Assembly (NCBI GenBank): GCA_950097015.1
Contig: CATNEN010000009.1
Coordinates: 186,001-250,000, forward strand
Direction: 5' to 3'
Length of the DNA: 64,000 nt
DNA from: Macrostomum hystrix
Lineage: Eukaryota > Animalia > Platyhelminthes
Part shown: positions 50,971-61,905 of the stretch, piece after piece
How the letters are laid out: each line of letters starts with the position of its first letter
Numbering within the stretch: the first letter of the stretch is position 1
Program-made: the position numbers and the translations under genes
The notes under the pieces: model-generated
Told to the model about the DNA's origin: nothing
What the model saw: only the letters and a program-made list of their open reading frames with translations
Databases searched by the model: none

Positions 50971-51632
50971 TTATACTTGGAATCGATTACTAACTGCTCT
51001 TTGATAGGACAGCCATCTGAACTTCAAAGGGGTACTGTCAGATTGGTTGTTTGCTCGTAAACTTTAAACAATAAAACAAAAATATTCCCAATTCAGATAT
51101 AACTAACTAGAGTTTCAAGCCATTTCTCACTAGGTTTTTTCTTAGAATTATAAGTCTCTTGTTCGAGAATATACTAACTGCTTTTTTACATCTGTTGTGC
51201 CTTTTGAGCACGTTTAAATGTGCTCACTTACCCCCTGATTGCACTGTACTTCGCTGATATCTGACTGCATATCCTACTTATTTTTTTGCGCAACAGATTT
51301 AAAATGTGAGAAATTTGAGAAGGAAGTGAATTTGTGCATGTCTCATTTACGAGTTTTAGCACTTGCTGGGGATTATGCGCCTATAGTTTTTGACCGCTCT
51401 GATTTAGTTCTCTCTAAGTCGAGTATTTCGCATGGCATTGTTTTCTTATTGTTTCTTTATCCATGAAAGCCTTCAACAGAAAATTTAAAACAGATAAAAT
51501 TAATATTATTTTAGAGTTTAAGATTTTCAACTATCCAAAAATAGATGTAACAATTCTGCTATATCCGAGTAATTTACGAACTACACACGTATTTGTTTTC
51601 ATTAAATAACATGGCAGATAATTTGTGTGAAG

Positions 51633-53415
51633 CATGAGAGAACTGCATTTCACAGAGCTGGGACAGACAGCTTTAGCCTATGGGCAGTCTGGGTGCAGAG
51701 AGAACTGCGTTTCACAGAGCTGGGACAGACAGCTTTAGCCAATGGGCAGTCTGGGTGCAGAGAGAACTGCGTTTCACAGAGCTGGGACAGACAGCTTTAG
51801 CCTATGGGCAGTCTGGGTGCAGAGAGAACTGTGTTTCACAGAGCTGGGACAGACAGCTTTAGCCAATGAGCAGTCTGGGTGCAGAGAGAACTGCGTTTCA
51901 CAGAGCTGGGACAGACAGCTTTAGCCAATGGGCAGTCTGGGTGCAGAGAGAACTGTGTTTCACAGAGCTGGGACAGACAGCTTTAGCCTATGGGCAGTCT
52001 GGGTGCAGAGAGAACTGCGTTTCACAGAGCTGGGACAGACAGCTTTAGCCAATGGGCAGTCTGGGTGCAGAGAGAACTGTGTTTCACAGAGCTGGGACAG
52101 ACAGCTTTAGCCTATGGGCAGTCTGGGTGCAGAGAGAACTGCGTTTCACAGAGCTGGGACAGACAGCTTTAGCCTATGGGCAGTCTGGGTGCAGAGAGAA
52201 CTGTGTTTCACAGAGCTGGGACAGACAGCTTTAGCCAATGAGCAGTCTGGGTGCAGAGAGAACTGCGTTTCACAGAGCTGGGACAGACAGCTTTAGCCAA
52301 TGGGCAGTCTGGGTGCAGAGAGAACTGTGTTTCACAGAGCTGGGACAGACAGCTTTAGCCTATGGGCAGTCTGGGTGCAGAGAGAACTGCGTTTCACAGA
52401 GCTGGGACAGACAGCTTTAGCCAATGGGCAGTCTGGGTGCAGAGAGAACTGTGTTTCACAGAGCTGGGACAGACAGCTTTAGCCTATGGGCAGTCTGGGT
52501 GCAGAGAGAACTGCGTTTCACAGAGCTGGGACAGACAGCTTTAGCCAATGGGCAGTCTGGGTGCAGAGAGAACTGTGTTTCACAGAGCTGGGACAGACAG
52601 CTTTAGCCTATGGGCAGTCTGGGTGCAGAGAGAACTGCGTTTCACAGAGCTGGGACAGACAGCTTTAGCCTATGGGCAGTCTGGGTGCAGAGAGAACTGT
52701 GTTTCACAGAGCTGGGACAGACAGCTTTAGCCAATGAGCAGTCTGAGTGCAGAGAGAACGGAAGATTGTGTTTCACAGAGCTGGGACAGACAGCTTTAGC
52801 CAATGAGCAGTCTGAGTGCAGAGAGAACGGAAGATTGTGTTTCACAGAGCTGGGACAGACAGCTTTAGCCAATGAGCAGTCTGGGTCCAGAGAGAACGGA
52901 AGATTGTGTTTCACAGAGCTGGGACAGACAGCTTTAGCCAATGAGCAGTCTGGGTGCAGAGAGAACGGAAGATTGTGTTTCACAGAGCTGGGACAGACAG
53001 CTTTAGCCAATGAGCAGTCTGGGTGCAGAGAGAACGGAAGATTGTGTTTCACAGAGCTGGGACAGACAGCTTTAGCCAATGAGCAGCTAGTCTGGGTCCA
53101 GAGAGAACGGAAGATTGTGTTTCACAGAGCTGGGACAGACAGCTTTAGTCTGGGTCCAGAGAGAACGGAAAATTGTGTTTTACAGAGCTGGGACAGACAG
53201 CTTTAGTCTGGGTCCAGAGAGAACGGAAAATTGTGTTTTACAGAGCTGGGACAGACAGCTTTAGCCAATGAGCAGTCTGGGTGCAGAGAGAACGGAAAAT
53301 TGTGTTTTACAGAGCTGGGACAGACACCTTTAGCCAATGGGCAGTCTGGGTGCAGAGAGAACGGAAAATTGTGTTTTACAGAGCTGGGACAGACAGCTTT
53401 AGCCAATGAGCAGTC
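51633..53415. repeat. 62-bp minisatellite (about 18 copies) changing to a 69-bp variant from about 52740
   Basis: Period 62, as the ORF starts at 51680 and 51742 show. Later units gain a ggaagat/ggaaaat insert and some are shortened. Confidence 0.97.
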
Positions 53416-53854
53416 TGTGCGCAGAGGGAACGCGGAAGATTGTGATTTTCAGAGCTTCGACTGAAAGCTGTTGTCAATGAGTCACCGTAATTTGTGTCAC
53501 TAACATCTAAGTGACAATCGGTAAGTAGATTTTACTAACAGCGACCGCTCAGACCTACTTTGAACTGCGTTTAGGTCTCCGCAGACGACTTCTCCGATGT
53601 GGAAGTCGCGAAACCCGTTTGCACCAACACATGTATATAAACATGTGAATTCTAAATTCTCGTAAAAAGAGAACCTTGGCTTTGCTGGAATTAGCTTTAC
53701 TTCTTCGAAAAAATGTATTCTGAACTGTACACTATTTCGAGCGATTTGAGGTTTTACTCAAGTCAAGACTGTCAACATCTGATCGTCCTGTCCTATAAAT
53801 ATGATAAATATCCAACCACCTCAAAAATATCTGAATGACTTTAGTTGAGATGGC

Positions 53855-54280
53855 AAATCGAGCACCACTACAGAAGTCCTTCGACGGCCCGTTTAATGTC
53901 ATGGAGCGGCCGGACGCCAAGAACTTACTGTTGGAAATAGGCACGCGACCGTCGTCACCGTCGACAGGCTGAAGCCGGCCGAAATCGATGCCAGCTAGCA
54001 GTCCCACGCCGTTGCCGGCCTTGCGACCGAGAGGCATTCCGTCTCTACAGCTCACAGCGCAGATTTTGTCCCAGCCACCGAGCCGACAACCGGCTGCCGC
54101 ACCCCTAGCCACCTTCAACCGCCTCGCGGATGCTAGGACTTTCTGTACATAGCTCGGTGCTGGGGGAGATGTGACTAGTCCACCCAGCTAGGCAGGTGGC
54201 TAAGCTGGGGATGATTCATACCACCTGCGCACATCTCCTTGCATGTGCACGCATATAAGAACTCTGCCTCAAATAAAAAA
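53855..54280 (+). mobile_element. Ty3/Gypsy LTR retrotransposon 3' remnant: integrase C-terminal GPY/F module, PPT, start of 3' LTR
   Basis: RAPLQKSFDGPFNVMER...[frameshift]VVTVDRLKPA. Purine tract gggggaga at 54162-54169 is followed immediately by TG at 54170, then tataag and aataaa. Confidence 0.8.
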
Positions 54281-55401
54281 AATTATGAGTACTTGCCTGC
54301 GCAATTTAGCAAGCCGCAAAGACACTGGACACAAAATTTTCCAAGAATTTGGAAAGTTAGATAATATATTTGAAAGATTTTACACAGTCGGAAAGCACAA
54401 ACTACAAGCTGAAGTCGTTAACGTTAACTTCTCAAACTGTAGTACTCTGTAAAATGAGCAGCCCTTCGATCAACGTCAGCATATTTGCTTCGAAATTTCT
54501 CAATCATAGTATTAGTATGGAAAGGAGACGACTTTACCCTAGTCTACCTTTGCAACTAGTATTATAGTAGTATAGTATTAGTAATAAGTATATGGTATGC
54601 CAGTGCAATAAAATGAATCCCAGACAACATTATTTTCAGGATAACTTACTAAGAAGCTTACCTTATAGCATGTGCACAGCTACAACAGTGTTGTAAGTAC
54701 TTACATTTTATTTTTAGTCTTACGAGCGTATTACAAAGCAGATTTTTTTCACAAAAAAGACGGAAAAATCATGGGACTTTTTAAGCAGAAAACGAGCATG
54801 AAATGACGAATCACTGCTGGTTACACTCCAGCAAGCATGATAAGATGAGCATACGAGTAATAATGAAGTTCGAAAGCTCTAGTTTTGTACATGTACATCA
54901 TCATGTGTATGCAACAAAATGGTAGACTTTTTGGGCAGTCACTTGGTGAGCTACTTACAATCGTTTTTCCAATATTTTGGTTCAAAAAACCAGTCTGATA
55001 CAATTCTGGCCACGAATCAGAAATATAGTATCATCCAGACATAAATTAAGAATACGGGGCCTCACTTTTGGGCATAATGTGCTCAAGAACATTTTCACAA
55101 CAGTTGCATAAACTAATCTGTAAAATATATAGTGATGAAAAAGAGCTGAACAATTAAGACCGATTTTAGTCATACAAACCTGATAGGGAAACCTTACGCA
55201 TACGAGTCAATAACCGACATTTAAGCAGCATACAGCATACAGTCGGAATAAAGCCAAGTAAAAGAATTGTATTTTGCATGTCTTATGTCATAGGAGAAAT
55301 CAGTAGAGGCAAACCACAGCAACAGCAAGATAGTAGGAAAATCTTGGCAAATGAAAATCCAGACACATTGGATACTTTCGAAGTAAAATCTATTTTTGGT
55401 T

Positions 55402-56673
55402 TCAAACGGGAGCTTGGTCAGACAAAACAGCGTAAAAGGGATTGAAGGGTGGTTCCGGGCCGCTGAAATTGAAGCACACAAGTCTGGCCACAGTGCGGAC
55501 AGTTTGACCACACTCAAGTTCGTGTCGGCGCCAGTCATGGCCTTGACAGGCTGGCCCACAGTACCTGGCATAGCGGCAATTGGCGCACCGCAGTAGGGGG
55601 CTCCCTCGCCTACGCTTGCGGCACAGCCAGCACAGGCGCACGGAGCAGTAGGCGATAATGTCGGACAGCAGGATCACGTGACTCAGGGGCAATGGCAGGA
55701 TCACAGACAGCTCAGGCCGCACAGATACACTACCGCAGGCAAGGTACTTGGCTTTAATAGACGCAAGCGTGCGGCCAGGTGTCAGATCGGTAGACACCAC
55801 CTGCCATGCCTCCTGACTGTGCGAGCTCGGAGACACTTCAATATCCACAGTCACTGGGTGCCTACGGGGCAAAGGTTGAAAGTCAAATAAGACCTTAAAT
55901 TAATTTCTGTAATTTAGAAAGGAAAGGTAGCTAACTGACAAATAAAAGAGATACTGATCATGAACAAATATTACCATAAAGTTGAAGTAGCTAACTGACC
56001 TGTTACAAATAAAAGAGATACTAATCATGAACAAATATTACCATAAAGTTAAAGTAGCTAACTGACCTGTTACAAATAAAAGAGATACTGATCATGAACA
56101 AATATTACCATAAAGTTAAAGTAGCTAACTGACCTGTTACAAATAAAAGAGATACTGATCATGAACAAATATTACCATAAAGTTGAAGTAGCTAACTGAC
56201 CTGTTACAAATAAAAGAGATACTGATCATGAACAAATATTACCATAAAGTTAAAGTAGCTAACTGACCTGTTACAAATAAAAGAGATACTGATCATGAAC
56301 AAATATTACCATAAAGTTAAAGTAGCTAACTGACCTGTTACAAATAAAAGAGATACTGATCATGAACAAATATTACCATAAAGTTAAAGTAGCTAACTGA
56401 CCTGGTTATGTCTTTACATTCAATTGTTGAATCGGGCTTAATTTGACAGATCTCGCCAAGAAAGCAGTAACAGTAAGTGGCTGCAACTGTCTCAGAGTTT
56501 GAGAGCTTCGGCAAGTCAACTGCAAACTTGCTCACAGATACATCAGTGGAACCAAACGGCTTTCTTATGGTTGAGTGCAGAGAACTGGCAGAGGGATGCG
56601 AAAACCACTGACTAGGGTCAGTCAAAAACCAGGCGCAGTCATGGTTTGGCTGTTGCTGAGTACTCTGTGGCAT
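55402..56673 (-). CDS. MYND zinc-finger protein, 243 aa (exons 56673-56402, 55861-55402)
   Basis: CWLC...LLRCANCRYARYCGPACQGHDWRRHELEC is a MYND finger. N-terminal YCYCFLGEI...LTPGRTLA...ILPLPLSHVILLSD. The phase-2 intron joins DIT R|HPV. Confidence 0.85.
55927..56401 (-). repeat. 67-bp minisatellite, 7 copies, starting exactly at the MYND intron donor
   Basis: gtagctaactgac at 55987, 56054, 56121 ... 56389, with a first truncated copy at 55927. Confidence 0.97.
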
Positions 56674-57217
56674 TCTGTGTGTTTCTAAAAATAGCACCTG
56701 AAACGAATCTATACAAATTAACCTTTATCACATTTAATATGCTGGGGGAATTCTATGGCTTGTAAGGTGTTAAATTCTGCAGTAGTTTACGACTGTCTAT
56801 TAACTGCTTATTGCTTATTGCTGCTTGCGCACTGTAATCTTTCGAAATACGAATTTTTAGTTATTTTTTACTCGTAACTTAATTGCAATATACAAAAAAG
56901 TAAAACAGAAATAAAAAACTACCAAAATTCAGAGCTAATTTAAGTCAGACCCACAGAACTTACAAGCAACGCTTTAGTGAGCTCTGTAATTAGCTTAACC
57001 ACAAACTGATTAAAGTACGAGTATATTTGTTAATTGCCTGATTGCTGACAGAAAAACAGGACTACCACAAACACAAAGTATTAAATATTTTGTCCTAACG
57101 TGATTATTACGTAAGAAGATCGAAGATGCGACAGTGATTCACCCGGTTTGTCAAATAGCCTACTAGAATAAGGATACCAAAGCACAACTAGCATTGTATG
57201 AGCTTAGATCCTCCAGC

Positions 57218-58057
57218 TCACAGATCTTCATCATCATCCGGTAGAGGAGCGGCAGCAGCCGTGATGATCTCTTGCTCATAGTGCTGTGCCAGGGCTGGAT
57301 CCATGGCCAGCTCGGGTGGTGCTAGCGCTGGCATTTCGACAAACTCAAGGTGCGGATCGCCGACCAGTTTTCTGGCAAGCCAAAGAAACGGCTTCTCAAA
57401 GTTGTAGTTGGATTTGGCGCTGATGTCGTAGTATTGCAGGTTCTTCTTGCGATGGAAGGTGATTGTCTTAGCCTTTACTTTACGGTCCTTGATGTCCACC
57501 TGTTGATAAAAATGGTGTCCTCATTAAAGTAAAGACGGATAACTCTTATAAAAATGACGCTTGTCCTTTGGTGCGAAAACGATTGAAGCTTACTGACCTT
57601 GTTGCCCACCAGCACGATGGGAACATTTTCGCAAACGCGCACGAGATCTCGGTGCCAGTTTGGCACATTTTTGTATGTGACGCGAGAAGTCACGTCAAAC
57701 ATGATAATGGCGCATTGGCCCTGAATGTAGTAACCATCTCGCAATCCACCGAACTTCTCCTGGCCCGCTGAGGATCAGAAGAGTTGTGGTTATTAAATAA
57801 CAATCGACAGGTGTCAATGAAGGTGATAAGGTGAAGCAAAACTGAATGTATGACCACTCACCAGTGTCCCAAACATTAAATCGCATCTTGCCACGAGTGG
57901 TATGAAAATCCAATGGGTGAACTTCAACACCAAGCGTAGCCACATATTTCTTCTCGAATTCGCCCGTGAGATGGCGCTTCACAAATGTTGTCTTACCGAC
58001 ACCTCCATCGCCAACCAGAACCAGCTTAAATTGAGCAATTATTTCATTGGCAGCCAT
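57218..58057 (-). CDS. RAN: Ran GTPase, 215 aa (exons 58057-57862, 57767-57598, 57499-57218)
   Basis: [32 protein letters not shown]|[17 protein letters not shown]|[15 protein letters not shown], and the acidic tail PLPDDDEDL*. Confidence 0.98.
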
Positions 58058-58345
58058 GTGCGCAGGAAGCTGAAATTTAGGCAAGCAAATTTGTAATTCT
58101 ACTATCAATATGACTTCCAAATACCGAGCGTAGATAAAGAAAGCAAATATATATTCAAAGCGAAAATTATTTAAATTTCATTAGGAAAGGAGACGACATT
58201 ACCCTAGTCTACCTTTGCAACTACAAAGACTGGTCCAGAACTGACAAGGGGTATACGATAATTTACCACAGAAACTTGTAAATGTAAGCCGAATTGGCTG
58301 CCAGGAGAGCCAGGGAGAGTATCTTTCCTTAGTGCTTCCTTGCAA

Positions 58346-58482
58346 GAGTGGCTACGCTCCCTTGTATTGGCTAAGAGTGGCTACGCTCCCTTGTATTGGC
58401 TAAGAGTGGCTACGCTCCCTTGTATTGGCTAAGAGTGGCTACGCTCCCTTGTATTGGCTAAGAGTGGCTAAGAGTGGCTAAG
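58346..58482. repeat. 29-bp minisatellite, 4 copies plus 10-bp tails, upstream of Ran
   Basis: gagtggctacgctcccttgtattggctaa at 58346, 58375, 58404 and 58433. Confidence 0.93.
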
Positions 58483-61019
58483 CTAATCAAATGAATCAAA
58501 GCCATAAAGACTATCAAGCCAAATCAACAAAAATACCAGGTTTATGATTATCTATCTAAGCAAGTACTGTATATGCAAGACAGTGTTTGAGTATTCAACT
58601 CATTATTTAAGCAATTCCTGACTGCAGACAATAACCTTCTAGCCATAGTGGCAGCAACCTACCCAACTACCCTGTCTAATGACTTGAGCTTAGAGTACTT
58701 CAACTAAGGCTTTCAATTTAGCCACTTGTCTGCGAGTTGTCTTAAGATTTTTAGTAGTTGTAGTTTCAAAGATTATGAAAGAGACAAAAAAGAATTTTCA
58801 ATGATGTTTATGTTTACATTTTTATGAAGTTTTAAGCTCAGTCACAGACAAGCCATACAATTTTTTCAATTAAAGTGTGGCTAAATATTTTTTGTTTTCA
58901 GTGGTTATTGTTTTTCAAAGGAGTCTATGTAACTTTTTTACCCTACTTAACACTTTTATCTGTGCTTTTTTATCTGCATTTACTTTTAACTGCCTTTAGA
59001 TCAATTAATTATTTGAATTATGCATCATCAACTATTCAAATCACATTCATAATTAAAATCAGCAATGAACAAATAGTCAAGATCGTCATATTAAATTGAA
59101 TATTGTGACACTTTTGCTCAAATCGTCATCATCATATGACATTTTAGAATATGACGATTTGATCTGTACCTGCCATGGGACCCCTCTTTAAAGTAGCTAG
59201 CTCAGCATTAGCAAATAGGGTTTTTATGTACAGATAGCCTTCTTTGCCAATAGTTAGGGCCTAGGAGCTAATGTAGCAAAGAAATATTGCCATTGGAATA
59301 TGTGTAAGTCCATAACTAGCTAGGTTCTATTCACTTCATCTGCCACTATCTTGTTTGCCAACAGACAAGTTCACTTATTTGTAAGCAAATTAAATTCATG
59401 AGCAGATGAATAATTTGCACATAGCATTTGATTTGATTGCCATTAAAGCAAGCCAAATAACCTGATCAATATGAACTTGTGCATTGTATACAAATTTTAT
59501 CAATAAACTATTTTATTTTATGATGATTAAATCTGTTGCAAGTGGCTTTGTTTCTATAGTTTGTATGGCAGATGAGTTTGTATGAAGTTTCTTTTAAAGA
59601 CAAGTTAAAAGCAGATGAGATGGTGGCAGACATAAAGACTAGAAACCTATAGGCCCAACTATAAGGACAAAGTAATGGGCAAGGACAAGACAAAATGAAG
59701 AATAGAGAAGGCCTAATAGACCAAAAATACAGACTAGGGCCTATGCCTATGCACCACCAGAATTTTTCTTTTTGTTGTTAATTTTATATAGACAAACTTC
59801 AATTAGCACTAAAACTTATTTATATCTCAATAAATAAATAGGCCTATGGCAATGGCCATAGGGCATAGGCCTAGCATTAGCAATAAACAAACAAGCAAGG
59901 AGACAGACAAATTGGCTTATTAATCTAGCTAGGCCTATGATTGATCTAGAGCATATTAATCATTAATAGTTAAGGGGGGTGTGGGCAATGGCATCATTTG
60001 GTAGTATGTAAGCAGTATAATGTATGCAGCTGATGAGGAGAGAGGGTGAGTGGCAGAGTTGAATGAAAAGCTGAATGCATTTTCCGCATTTCTTTGCCTT
60101 TGCCGCTTATTTCATGCAGAATTTGGCTGAAGAAACTAGTGAATAACTGCGACACTGGTGATACTGCATGCATCCGATATCTGGAACTTCGATCCTTCAA
60201 TTAAATTTTTAGCTACGTTGCGTTTTTTTTATTAGTTTACAATACCGGCCAACTTTTATGTGGTAACAAATGTGAAAAAGGCAGCATATAAATTATTTTA
60301 CTATCTCACTGTACCTTTGTAAATATGAATTTTTAGTTGCGGTATGTTTAATTTTTCAGTGCCCCTCCACGATAATATTTCCTCTGCTTTACTATACAAA
60401 GGTTATGCTGCGAAGGTCTTTCCAGAATTTTCTTTTTGTACTCGTATAACATTCGCTGAAACGCGACCGCAACGTATTAAACGACCCTCACTACAATCGC
60501 GAGTTATAGGCTTTCTATCCCTGCACTGGCAAGTTGTGAATGCTTTGCTATAATTAAGCTCCCTTTTCACCGAGCCAATTCCCGTGATTGTTTATCTATA
60601 AATTTAAAGCAATTTCTCTCACGCAAAACAGGCCCGTTTGACTTTCGAGCTAAGTCAAATTATGCGCACTCGGCTACATATATTGGATAACAGAGCAAAA
60701 TTTCTGATTGCTCCGTAGGATATTTGTAGTAAAATATCAATAAACAATAGCTATGAACTCTAAAAATGTTTAAACCCACGTTACCAGTATACTTGCGCCC
60801 CAATTGCGGTTGGCAAAAGTTTTGTATAACTAAACAGTGTTGTGTGCGCATTACCAAAGAAGTAACGGCGATGGTGGTAACGATTGTTACTGACCCAACG
60901 ACCACTAGAAGAAGAAGCACAGAACACATAGTTTCTTGGAAAAATGTATTAAAGGCTGATTGGCAATAAACGATAAATAAACGAAAATAAAATAAAAATC
61001 ATCATTTATTTATAATGAA

Positions 61020-61905
61020 GCTTTCTATTGACTTACTTGACTTAGCTGCAGTGCGCGGTCCCATGGAGGAACGCAGCGGGAAGGCGATGCCGCCCATTCC
61101 GCTAGTCCCTGAACGGCCAACGCACCGTCAAGGACGAGGAGTTGGCGTCGCCCAGGGAGCTCCCTCGGAGTCGCTCTCCGCAGCCACGTCGCTCCCTGAA
61201 GAGGCTGTATGGCTGCCTTTATGGCTGCCTGCTATTCTGTATGGCTGCGGGTGGCCCGAAGGTAGCGCATGAGCTGATTGAAGTTTTCGGGTTTACATGC
61301 TTCCTGGATGGAAGTGTGTGGCCCGAGATAGTTAATTCTGTCCCGCATGAAGGCGGGGCAGATGCTGACAAAATGTACCGTTCAGCGGTTTCGTCACCTG
61401 AGTTGCAAAAACTACAGGTAGCGTTGGTAACATTCCTGCATGCAGGTATTGGTGCCTGGTGAAGCACCCATGCCCAGACAGGGTCATGGTGGCCCCTCGG
61501 ATGTCCTTGCGCGGGAGACGCAGAATGAGGTTCCGGAGTTGGCGGGAGGGCTGCGGAACAGCCTCTCTAATAGATTGCCTGCAGGTTTTGCAGTTCGCCC
61601 AGAGTGAGTAGTGCTGAGTTTTCTCCACGCTTTGATGTGTGAGTTGATGACACAGTTTGGGACCGGAACCAGAGGTTCGGGTCCCCAGCAGGAGGATCCA
61701 GTGGCACCGGCTTTTGCTAGAGCGTCAGCCAGCTCGTTGCCCTGAAATCCTCGTGTCCGGGCACCCAGGGTGACCTTGTTCGTGGAGGCCAACATGTTGA
61801 GATGCTTGATACAGTCAAGGACCGTTGCCGAGCCAATGCAGCGACTGCCGATGGCACACAGCACTGCCTGACTGTCAGAGTGGAAGATGATATCCTTCTA
61901 CCTTT
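61020..61905 (-). mobile_element. 5'-truncated, frameshifted non-LTR retrotransposon (RNase H plus C-terminal domain; I-group, LOA/Lian-like)
   Basis: KDIIFHSDSQAVL, WVPGH (shifted frame), GNELADALAKAG, GPEPLVP, WANCKTCRQ, LSGHG and FCNSGDETAE spread over three frames. The 3' end carries short aagtcaa repeats. Confidence 0.85.

Noticed and set aside
704-53464. Long repetitive ORFs (704-1306, 14012-14719, 20191-22197, 37449-38187, 44077-45291, 51680-53464) as proteins
   Set aside because: They are translations of minisatellite units lying in introns or intergenic DNA. Only the ADAR exon-1 repeat is within a supported coding exon.
51000-55300. Additional AT-rich gene between ERICH6 and the MYND gene
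   Set aside because: Scattered splice-like sites on both strands, but no consistent stop-free model.
695-56401. CRISPR-like appearance of the many regular repeat arrays
   Set aside because: Units are contiguous with no unique spacers, there are no cas genes, and the context is spliced eukaryotic genes.
58000-58030. GDGGVGKT instead of GDGGTGKT in the Ran P-loop as a sign of a pseudogene or mutant
   Set aside because: All other Ran motifs and the acidic tail are intact, and Val at this position is common among small GTPases.
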